Origin: Trichoplax adhaerens
Taxonomy: Eukaryota; Animalia; Placozoa
DNA: 64,000 nucleotides
Direction of reading: 5' to 3'
Assembly (NCBI RefSeq): GCF_000150275.1
Contig: NW_002060975.1
Coordinates: forward strand, 204,993 to 268,992
Shown here: one piece after another, positions 13,601 to 24,136 of the stretch
Numbering within the stretch: position 1 is the first letter of the stretch
Layout: every line of letters starts with the position of its first letter
The notes under the pieces: generated by a model
What the model was told of the DNA's origin: nothing
Databases searched by the model: none
The model's input: the letters and a program-made list of their open reading frames with translations, nothing else
Made by a program: the position numbers and the translations under genes

Positions 13601-16600
13601 TCATGCTAGCGATTATACAGGTAAAATTTAATAAAAATATCGCAATTTCAGTTTGAGCAAATAATTTATATAATCAAGTATCAAAAAAAGTTTTATAATT
13701 ATTAAAGAGCGAAAATAGAACATCGCATCAGTCATTCTCTTAATTTATAAGTAAACTTGTTAAAAGCTGCAATTGAAGCTAAAGAGCTGCTTCAATTCCC
13801 GCATATATAATTTAGGTTCAGATAAATAACACGGAACATCTGGATAATCTTGGAGTTCTTGCTAATATTGGCTTGGCAATATCATTAATATCCATCTGCC
13901 TAACATTATCTGTATATACCTTCCTAAGGTTAGTACACAGTATGTGATCAAAGTTTATTGCCTTGCAGAGGATACAATTATGTTGTCTTGTAGTTATTAG
14001 CCTTAATCGAATATTTTGTCTATTTAATCATCACGTGTTAATAAAATTTTTATATGCAAAACGGATTAGGTTAAATTCTGAAAGATTTACAATCCATAAG
14101 AATTTACTAGTAGCTCTGCTGCTAACGCAAATTTTCATCTTTACCGGAATGTACATAGCCAAGAATGCAGTATGTTCATCTACTGAATCTTCTTTCCTGT
14201 ATTTTTAAATTGATCGATCTTTAATAACATAAATATTCGATAACATAATAGCGTTCGGCCATTTTTACCCACTATAAAAAATTTATGGTGTATGATAGTC
14301 AATTTAGCTCATCTAACCCTAGTCGATCAATGTTATAGCATTTCATTTAATGACTACTTCGCTAAATGAAGTAAATTAAATATCTACGTTTCTCTTCAAC
14401 TTTCAGATTATATGCAAGATATCAGCAGTCTGTCTACACTTTTTCTGCTTAGCATCATTTTCATGGATGTCTGTGGAGGGGATTCATTTATATCTACTCA
14501 TCATTACAGTTTTTAATCAAAAGAGCAAGAAACTCTACTACTACATTTTCGGATGGGGTAAGCATAGCAATGACTTGATACTTATTGAAATAGATAGTTC
14601 GACAATTTAATATTCATTATATTGCCATGTTAAGTAAATTCTAAAACCGTGATATTTTACTTTGATAAATAATGATTTTTGAGCTAATAAAACGTTACTC
14701 AAGACGATCACATACGGTATCATTTGCAATTAGGACTGCCAGTGATTGTGGTTGGCATATCAATGTTGGTTCGCTTTGATAATTATGGAGCTAATGAAAG
14801 GTACGAGATTAATGTTATGAAATTCTTACATCGGAGTGATATTAACGAAGTTCGATTACTAAAGACAGTAGAAAGCTATAACAGTAAAAATAACAAAATT
14901 TTCTAGATATCCTTTAACCTTATCTAGTTATATAATGTCCACGTATAATAATTACGAAAATGTAAAAGTCATATCTAAGCGAGTGCACAGTTTATGACTT
15001 CCTACACTTTAGCGTCTAGATTTTCAATAAAACCAATAGAAAGAAGCTCAGAAAGCAAGTTCAAGATAGCAATTAAAGTTATCCATGTTTGAAGTTCTAT
15101 CGATGTTCTAGCTGTTTCAGATTGTTGTATTCGAGCAACAGTAAAAACCATATTTTGTATTAGAATTAATTTTCGTTTGAATTTATCTCCTGGAATGGCA
15201 AAAGTAATACAATATCATAGTTAAACACTTACAATAGTTAGTTATGTCGTAATGAAGAACCTTGATAATTAAACAATTAAGCTGCTGATCAAGCAACATA
15301 TCACCTTATTTACACCGTACTTAAGTAAAGGAGTTGTAATATTTAGAGAACGACTACTAATAAAATTAAGCCATAAATAATTAAATATGTGAATATGCAT
15401 AATGGTTCTTATACAACAGAGAGCAAACTGGTTTAGTGGAATTAAAAACCTAACTAAAACGATTTTTAATGCAGGTGTTGGTTATCAACTGCCGATGGAT
15501 CTCGATGGGCATTTGTAGGGCCAGTTTTGGGTATAACTTTGGTAAGTGTTTATAATGTTAAATAATGGGTAATAGTAGCTCAGATGCAAGATCTGCATGT
15601 GGTTCCTGCTGTTTCATTCGCTATCTAGTTTATGAGACCCTTTCTTAATCTATTGGCATTCTCATAATCTTAGATCAACACAATCATCATGATTGCAGTA
15701 ATTAAGGTCACTGTAAGCTCCAGCACATCCGTTTTACATAAACAAGGCAAAACCAAATTTACTGGAATCAAGTACGAATATATTGATTTATAATTTTGCT
15801 ATTATTTATGTTGACAGCAAGCTATAAGAATCACTTGAATAAAATCGATCATTAATGTCGTTATTACGTTAAAAAATTAATTTTGGAATTATAGTTTCAT
15901 ACAAATAAATGTTCTAATTCTGTTTCATTCTATAATCGTGAGTATACTTTAATCTCTCATTTACTAAAGGTCTATGGTTAAAGCAACCGCCATATTATGT
16001 CCGCTGCTTGGATTAACTTGGATATTTGGCATGATACCTCTAACTGATCATACCATTGTGTTTTCCTACCTATTTGTGATATTTAGCTCTCTGCAGGTAC
16101 TGTCATTTCTATTTTATCGATTAAATTTTGTTAGTACTATTTTAATCTACCTTGCGGCTTGGAGTAGTCACCATTTTTATTGTTCCAAGATGAAGTAATT
16201 GTATCGCCAGAATTTTACATTAACATGCAACGATCTTATCCTTATAATAAAATTTTTTGTGACTTATAAACGGCTTCATTAATAATAGTGGCTAATAATA
16301 TTCTTTTATTTCAATTTTAAGCATAATAATTAAGTCTCTTTTTGAATCAATTCCTGTAGGGTCTATCAATCTTCGTCTTTCATTGCTTATATAACTCTGA
16401 AGTAAGAAGATATTATAATTTATATCAGACTATGGAGCATAGCAATGTTTGATTTCTTAATTTATACTAATATTATTATATTTACTAATTAAGGTCAGAC
16501 AAGCATTCAATAGAATGATGGAGAAACGACTTGTACCGGCAAGCTTAACTAAAAACGAAAAAGTACGAAAATATTTTCATTATAATATCTGTAAACACAT

Positions 16601-18205
16601 ATTTTAAACTAGTTTCATTGACTGGTTATCATAGTGAATTTCAAGATTTTATTCATTGTATTTATTTGTTATAATTTTGTATAGTCTCAAATATCAAGTT
16701 CACGTCCTGCCCTCTCAAGGACCATTAAAGGTAAACTTGCATCATTTGCGTAGCTTGCTCTTAGTTGATGATTCATGGCAAGTTATATGCTGTATGCTGT
16801 TATTGTCATCGCAAAAAATGCGTAATACATTGGATATATTGCTTGAGTAATTGTTAATATGAATCAATTGGAATTTATCATAAGTATATTTAGTTACCTT
16901 TCCATATCCAAAATTTCATATCATAAATTTATCTTAACCAAAAAGCATTCCTCATTCCTGATATCTAATAATTACGATTTTAGAATCTACAGATACAGAA
17001 CAAGAGTTAAGAATTGTGCGAGTTAATACCATGTCTTCTGATGAGGTAGGTGTCACGGTACGCCGTTACTAATTAAGTAACTGTAAATTAATGAATGCTT
17101 ATGAATAGATAAGATAAGGTTATGTGCTATGTTTTAATGCGCTTGTAGCTAATAATAGGATGGTAGAAATGAGATAAAAATAGAAGTTATTAGCAGTTAA
17201 TTTACTGTAGGTTTATAAGGTATGTTAATCTCTAAAAATTGAGCTGTCTATGGACGAAGGTTGAGCGTCTTAACACCTGATAGCTTGTAGCTATCTAAGT
17301 CTGAGGATATCGACATGTATATTTAGTAATGGTATTATACTAATTAATGTAACTTGCAAAGCATGAATTCTCACTCGTTAATATTGGAATTCACTGTAGA
17401 AACCTATTTAAGCGCGTGTGTTTGTAGAATAAAGTAAGTAATTGCTCAAGAAACGGCAAGACTCATATCGTGAAGAATAGTATAATAATTAGTCAGTTGT
17501 CTGTGGAGATCAGCCGAGAAATCGAGTTCTCAAATACTTCTCTCATAGAAACTGAAAATACTGGGAGAAATAGCCCAAGTTTTAAGTAACTACACTAGAG
17601 TTCTTTACTTTCCTTTGCCACAAGTGAGGGTTGTGATAGTAGGTTCAAGATTTATGCTGATATTTAAGTAGAAACAAGAGAACACACATCAGTAATAGGA
17701 TATGCCCTTTTCGCTACCCGTCTAATAAAGAAATAAGCTTATATATGTGCTAACTCTAATCGTAAATTAGTACGGCATAATACTTTATATTTTAATCACC
17801 CTTATAACAATTTAAATCATGAAAAAATAGTCATCACAGATACCAGACAATAATTTCAAGCACAAATTTTAACTATCATTGAATTGAAATAATCATTGTT
17901 AAAAGTAATTGGTTAGCTGATAAATTCATTATATTAATTAATTAGCCATTTTACATGTTTTTTGCTTGCTGTCTTGCTGTATATTGCCACTTATCCTTAG
18001 CCTATTCTAATGTATAATATTCTGCTAATGTGTTATATTTTTCCAGGTTTAAGTACTAATATAGTGATGATAGATTAAATATTGGTCAATCTTCTAGCTT
18101 TCACCGACATCTCTAAATATCAACTTTTATCTTTTTCAGTCTAAAGAGTTTCCAAATAGTGCAACGGAATCACAGATCAACTTGCTAGATAATCCAGGAG
18201 ATTGA
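3135..18205 (+). CDS. Multi-exon adhesion GPCR (2x C-type lectin, mucin stalk, GAIN/GPS, secretin-like 7TM), about 1097 aa
   Basis: Hand-built GT-AG exon chain with consistent phases: 3135-3203, 4601-4622, 8315-8743, 9331-9750, 9936-10417, 11067-11255, 11338-11397, 11494-11602, 11770-11898, 12009-12081, 12174-12291, 12945-13021, 13337-13445, 13816-13928, 14070-14169, 14407-14557, 14734-14800, 15475-15541, 15674-15771, 15970-16096, 16360-16401, 16494-16562, 16685-16730, 16984-17045, 18140-18205 (3294 nt, open). Motifs: CVYWN..KWSDDGC..TCACNHLTHFALLL (GPS); IHKNL (TM2); LHFFCLASFSWMSVEGIHLY (TM3); GWGLP (TM4); CWLS..WAFVGP; LLGLTWIFG (TM6); SLQGLSIFVFHC..EVRQ (TM7/H8). The first two exons and the last exon are less certain than the core. 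Confidence 0.88.
8315..8743 (+). CDS. C-type lectin domain 1 exon (phase 1-1)
   Basis: CDAGWSQFGYSC...FDDAVASCQAMGGRLVEI...YWIGL...YSNW...C...W....C..YYFICQ is a long-form CTLD signature. Confidence 0.93.
9331..9750 (+). CDS. C-type lectin domain 2 exon (phase 1-1)
   Basis: CLPGWAKYQNSTC...FEDALAVCHHYNASLAEI...WIGL...W...QPN...CVVI...WWDLPC...YICEK. Confidence 0.93.
9936..10417 (+). CDS. Thr/Pro/Ser-rich mucin-like stalk exon
   Basis: PTTEPTT...(TTNEPTTDLS)-type repeats; flanked by tctag acceptor and CAG|gta donor. Confidence 0.88.
10034..10120 (+). repeat. 30-bp coding tandem repeat (about 3 copies, PTTDL(S/A)(T/A)TNE)
   Basis: ccaaccacagatttatccactaccaatgaa / ccgacaacagatttgtccgctaccaatgaa / ccgacaacagatttagccactacaagt. 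Confidence 0.85.
12945..13445 (+). CDS. GPS motif of the GAIN domain (two exons), autoproteolysis site H-L|T at 13407-13415
   Basis: Exons 12945-13021 and 13337-13445 read MECVYWNLTTNKWSDDGCKLLSSNQSQYATCACNHL|THFALLLQVSD. Confidence 0.93.
17428..17589 (+). CDS. Possible alternative terminal exon (or 6-nt microexon) of the adhesion GPCR
   Basis: tttgtag acceptor, then a phase-0 open frame of 53 codons (NKVSNCSRNGKTHIVKNS...ETENTGRNSPSFK*). A perfect gtaagt donor lies 6 nt into it (17434). Confidence 0.4.
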   Translation, partial: NKVSNCSRNGKTHIVKNSIIISQLSVEISREIEFSNTSLIETENTGRNSPSFK

Positions 18206-18236
18206 TGAAATCGCTATCAAGTGATAAAAGATAGAA

Positions 18237-18242
18237 AATAAA
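18237..18242 (+). promoter_or_regulatory. Candidate poly(A) signal of the adhesion GPCR
   Basis: AATAAA about 30 nt after the TGA at 18203-18205; weak evidence in AT-rich DNA. Confidence 0.3.
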
Positions 18243-19405
18243 TAGTTAGATTAGAAGATATTTATGATATTTGTTGCTAATTCCTTTAAATTATAATGGA
18301 TATCGATAGTCCATAATATTTACAATGAGTTCATGTAAGCTATAGAAAGGACTAATTTTCCGAGTGTTAAGTTATAATTTAGGTGAGATTGCTATCTAAA
18401 AGTGCTTATGTTACTCCTACTGATACATAGGAGCTCTTTCATTATCCAATTATATCAACGCATTCACTTTGAAATTATCTTAATATATCAAGCTTCTTGG
18501 CTTTATTACGTACTCGAGAGCAAGATTGTAGCCTATAAAATCTAAAAATTTATTTATTATACAAATATAATGTATGTAGTATTAAGATGGGTAGACATAT
18601 TGTCAGGTAACTAGATCGATATATATCATACGTAACTAACTATCGATATTATGTCGGTTGAACATACTAGTGTGAGAGCTAAACAACTAGATACATTGAT
18701 TAATAGCTGCTGTCTTGACACGAATTGCAAAAAATGATTTATCTACAGTATATTTCCATATCCAAATCAATTGACATGATATAAAAGTGATAGAATATAA
18801 TCCCAATAAAGCGTTCATTAATAGCTATTTTAACTCAATATCTTTATTAAAAGATGCTATCAAATTTAACAATTGAATCCTTCCGTATACTCTTGCACCA
18901 ATATCAAAAATACTTAAATTATGAAGCTTAAATTAAAAAATTAGGGCTATAAAGTTAGATATATCACCTATACCATACGATATTGGCTTTGAAACTTTGT
19001 GATTTGATTAAAATTAGCATCGGATTTTCTATCTTTAAATGTTCCATGTATAGACCAGTAACATGTGTAAACGTGAAATTCTTCGCTTTGTAACATGTAT
19101 TGTACTACTGAGAATAACAATAAAAATTAAATTTTTGGTCATAACCAGGATATGTTTTTAAAGACATAACAGCTCTTGTTTCCTCCTGAAATAGTTTGAT
19201 ATAATGTAGATTTGAGTATTTCACTGTCTATATTGAAAATTAATATAATACATGCATAAAAATTTTAAACCGAACATCAAGTTAACTGGAGCGTTTCATG
19301 TTAGTAAGTTTTAATAATTAGCTTGGACAATAATCTCCTCTAATCATTTTATACCTAGGTAAGAATATTTAATTGAGAAATCTTAGTATTGAAACCATAA
19401 ATGCT

Positions 19406-19950
19406 TGTAATGTAACTTAGTATTGTGATTGTAGACTGTTAGCCATGTTTAGTATAATGTACGATAGATATTTATCCTAAGAGATATTTGGTAGCTATAA
19501 CTATAGACTGTAGTGGTAGAGACTCTATGCTACAGTACAGATGACTATATACAGTAAGCTGTTGAGTTACTAATAAGGTTATAGGTAAAAATAGAACTGT
19601 AAATCATATATTAGGATATGGTTAATTCATTGTACTTTGGCTGGTGTGAATGATGTCTATGTAAGTACTGTAGTCGTATTGGATTAATGATGGTCCGCAG
19701 TAGAATAGTCTTACTAAGAATAATTTAACTATGTGTAAAATAAGGTAAAAGGTTGCTATGCGGATTGTAGCTGCGAATGCTACGGAAAGTATAAAAGCAT
19801 ACAACTTTAGATTATTCTGTTAGGTCGTTCTAGAAGTCTTTAGTAGTAGTATTCGGCTAGAGAGAGCTGTGTGTAGTTAATCTTTGTATAAGATTCAATA
19901 AAACCCTTATTTTCCTAAAGTTTGGAATCTCGTGATTGGTATATATCACA
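19406..19950 (+). mobile_element. Solo LTR of an LTR retrotransposon (545 bp)
   Basis: Begins TGTAATGTA and ends TATATCACA (imperfect terminal inverted repeat, TG...CA). Flanked by an exact 5-bp direct repeat ATGCT (19401-19405 and 19951-19955), with AATAAA at 19897-19902 near the right end. Confidence 0.8.
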
Positions 19951-22900
19951 ATGCTATATTATAAAACTGAGTTATTTGAGGTATAAATTTTGCCAAGTAT
20001 AAAATTTTTTACGGTAGAAAATTTTCATTCATATGTTTACTAATACACTAGGTACTACAGTAGCTGTTACTTTCAACTCTGGTTTAATGGCTTTAAAGGC
20101 AGGAGTAGATATCAAGGAGTCATGCCAAGGTGATTTGTCATGCACAATTAAGGAATACTAGTATAAGATTTTGAACGTATCCTTTGTATGTATATCTCCC
20201 AAACCAATACTGATGACGAGAGCTGCATTCTCATTCCAGATCTTGGTCCCCGTATTTTATACGTTTGCATATTCATATTAAAGATATTTTTCTCATCATT
20301 ATGAGATTGATTGTACGCAGCTTTATTGTACATCTGCGATCGTTTTTGCCCTAAACGGGTATAATGATCTAAATTTTTGACTTAATTAGATAATTTGATG
20401 AAAAAATATCTGCAGCGAGGTCTGGAGTATACTATTAAACTTATGCAAATTCGGCAGAATATGCATTAAATACATATCAAGAACAATAAGTTTTGAATTA
20501 TATATTAGTTAAGTGAAATAGATGTTGCGGTAATTATTCCAGTAGAAAGACGGTCATAAAAATTTCCATTAATACCATACGAAAATCTTTTCATGAAAAC
20601 ATTTTACTGGAAGGCTACTTCTAGATTAAAATATAAAATCAATCCTGGAATATCAATCCTAATTGAAGACCAAAAGAAAAAACTTCATTATAAACCTAAT
20701 GAAACATGTCAAGTTAAAACAATTTTACTTAATATTGGGCAATATTAATAAATATCAGTCTATTTTAAGATACGATTCATTAATTTGATTACCTATCCTA
20801 TTTTGCCTACAGCGATAATAAAATAATAGCTAATCTTGAGCGAGCTAATTTAGCAAGTAATAAAAAGCTACTACGATGATGCTATGTTGAATGATGGATT
20901 GTATCGACAAACTTTATGAACTGAATATATTCCATGTTTACTTCTGTTAAGGGAAGCGATTTGAAGTTAATTAATACTTGAATGTCTCACCTAATCCTAA
21001 TTTTCCGTTACCCTAAAGCATTAAAAGGTTTTTAGTAAATTAATCTTTCCAAAGAAGACAAGAACAGAAATGAAATAGATATTCTAATTATTATAGTGTC
21101 GCATTTTACAATGAAGAGATCGATATACAGATTTTTGGCCATAGCAATCAGTGCTTGTTCATTATAAGAAACAATGCTAATTAAATACTACATAGGTTCC
21201 TTAATTAAATTAATGAAATAGTCTATACTAGGGCTAATTCATCCATTTTTATTTAATAAGATTATGAAATGTGAAATAAATTGGAGACATACATTGTTTC
21301 AAATACTAAGATGATAGCGATTGGCTATTAAAAGAATAAATACTCGTATAGCTGCTCTTGAGAGGCAAATTACGCAGAGTTCAACTTTGGCTTATGCCAA
21401 ATCATGAGAAAATGGTTGTCTAAGTGATGTCATAATTAGCAAAGCATCAAAGAGCTTGCTTTAAATGCGCTATTACGAACAAAAAGTCATAAATGTCTCT
21501 GTTAACTGACATGGCAAATGCCTTGGTAAAATGAATCTAATAAGATCGAAATCATACCATAGTGGAAAGATGACAAAGAAAATCATTTTTCTTGACTGTA
21601 TTAAAGGTTATTTTAATATTCTTATTCTAGCTGTAAAGGAAGCATTTTTTATAAATTTGTCGGCTAAAGTGAATTAATTTTTTTTTCTTTCCTATAATCA
21701 ACTTTTAGTAGAAAAAGAATTAATAAATAAAGGTCAATAGAAAAGAAATTACGTTGAAATAAATACGTAATGGAACTGACATTTCTTTCTTGGAAAAGAA
21801 AAAAACAGAACTTTGCGCCTGCTTCGTACTAAATAAAGATTTCGGAAAATATATGAAAAAAAGTGCTCCATTGCTAGCAAATTAAGGCGTTATTTATAAA
21901 ATTGATAAATTGGATGAACGAATACCGTTTTGAAACATAGTTATTAAAATCGATGGTTACATTACTATGGAATATAATAATAATTTAACAAGTCCTTAAC
22001 AGTCGTATAATCTTGCCTATAATCTATCTTTAGTTGATCAAATATCTTTTGATGGCTATGTTCGTAATAACTACTGAATGTGAAGATTAAATAAAATCTC
22101 AAAACAGTTTCTTTTGTTTTTTTGATTAGAAGATATAATTCCTTTTTTGTGCTAATATTGCACCTTAAATAAGGTGCGATATTTCAAATGCCAAATTATC
22201 GCAGCTGTACCGTAGATTCAAGCCTATATTAGTAGATAAAGCATGCTTAGGAAATGCTGTATTGCGTTGATACATTCTAACGAATACTAATGGGTATGTT
22301 TTATTTCTACAGAGATAGTTGGTAAATGTATACCGTTATTTAATCTTACCATTATCTTCGCTTAGTAAAATGATGTATTTGACGGAGAGTAAGGTTTATA
22401 GTGGAAGATTTACGCGCATAAGGTTATAGGATATTCGATAGAATGCAAAGATCTTTAATTATTTTGATCGATCATTCAGGAATGCAATTCTATAGTTTCT
22501 GTTTAGACGTTATATGGTGACATAATTTCTCACATACTGAATATTGTTACATAAAAGACTAAGCTACAAAATTCCATCAGTTTAAATGATAGCAACTGAT
22601 TTACACATCGCATGGCTCATTAATATTAAATTTAGTTTTCAGTTTCTATAATACGCACTTTTCGTTTTTATTTTAGCTTTCGTATGAGTATGAACTCTAA
22701 TTTTTCTGTATTAGAACTATTATTTTACTCTACTTTGATAAGTTTACTTTAAATTAAAGCTGTATGGGTAAGAAACACTAATAATACCGTCGCATCCTCA
22801 TTTTTCGAGTTTTATTATGTATTTGAAAGAGTACGAAATTTTTTACGTCCTATTTGAAAGTTGGTGCATTGCCAATGATCAATTAACATTTATTTTGGCT

Positions 22901-23095
22901 AGTTCGGGAATTAATTAAGTTACTGGATTGGTAAAAATAAGTATCATTTATTATGGACATAGGGGAAGGTATATGGAATTTTTATTGATTTAATGCAATA
23001 CAACCAAATAAGAAATAATATTGTAAACATCAAGCATAAGCTTGCTAAAGCATCATAGAATTCATCCACGTGAAATTCCTACAATATTCATTAAT

Positions 23096-24136
23096 TTACC
23101 TTAGATAGATCGAATGTTCAACTTTTAAAGGATATGAATTACTGATAGCTGAATTGAAATTATTGATATCAATTTGCCTTGTGCACTGATAGGGTATTAA
23201 ACGCTTAATCAATTTAACTGATCCATATCGTATTCTTTTATCAAACTTTAAATAGATGAAAGGATTTAAGATAACCGTACTTGTAGTTACTGCTAAAGAG
23301 AAAAACAAAAGCAAAAAATAACCTATGTTGTTCATACGTACATCCATGAATGATTGACGAGTAATAGCTAAACCGACCATTGATGCAAAGAATGGCCAGC
23401 TGATCAAGATATAAGATACAGAAATACTTAGTAACATTTTAATAAATCGCTTCTTTCTCAACGAGTCTTCTTCGCGCTCGACAGAAAAGGCATCCTTGGG
23501 TGTAATGTAACTCTTTTGAAGTTTAATAATTTTCCAGTAGATAACGATAATCAGTATTGCAGGCAGAAAAAATTCTATAATAGTAAATGCAATTAAATAG
23601 GCCGAAATCGATGGAGTTATTTCTGGAATATCACATTGCAATGTATCATTATGATGGACTCGAACAAAAACGATCACGGGTGCGGTCACTGATGCTGACG
23701 ATATAGCAATAGCAACTTCTCCAAAGATCAAGATACGGTTTTTATTACGTCCATAGACATTAGAAAATGGTTTCATACTATAGTAGCGATCAATTCCAAT
23801 CAAGCATAAATTCATCATAGATATACCATAAGATGTAAAGGTGAAATATAACGATACACGGCACATCATCGTACCACCATAATAATCTAACTGACGACTT
23901 GCAACTTGGATATAGCCAATAAATGATGCAATAGTACAAATAATATCTGATATAACAGTCACACGCATGACTTGATATGTTGTCTTTCTGAAATATTTAT
24001 CGGTCATAAAAAGACCTAGGATGAACAGATTGACTATCAAACCTATCAAAAATATTGGAATGCCAGCTAGCGATGCATAAGAGTAGATCGTGGATGAAAA
24101 ATCTATTTGTGCTACTTGATTTACGCTGAAATTCAT
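23096..24136 (-). CDS. Single-exon class A orphan GPCR, array member 1 (most divergent)
   Basis: 7 hydrophobic segments, TM2 ISD, TM3 NLCLIGIDRY, ECL2 CDIP, TM5 P..Y, TM6 SWPF, TM7 NPFIY. ATG at 24136 (MNFS) is preferred over the upstream GTG. Confidence 0.93.
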   Translation of the reverse strand: MNFSVNQVAQIDFSSTIYSYASLAGIPIFLIGLIVNLFILGLFMTDKYFRKTTYQVMRVTVISDIICTIASFIGYIQVASRQLDYYGGTMMCRVSLYFTFTSYGISMMNLCLIGIDRYYSMKPFSNVYGRNKNRILIFGEVAIAISSASVTAPVIVFVRVHHNDTLQCDIPEITPSISAYLIAFTIIEFFLPAILIIVIYWKIIKLQKSYITPKDAFSVEREEDSLRKKRFIKMLLSISVSYILISWPFFASMVGLAITRQSFMDVRMNNIGYFLLLFFSLAVTTSTVILNPFIYLKFDKRIRYGSVKLIKRLIPYQCTRQIDINNFNSAISNSYPLKVEHSIYLR

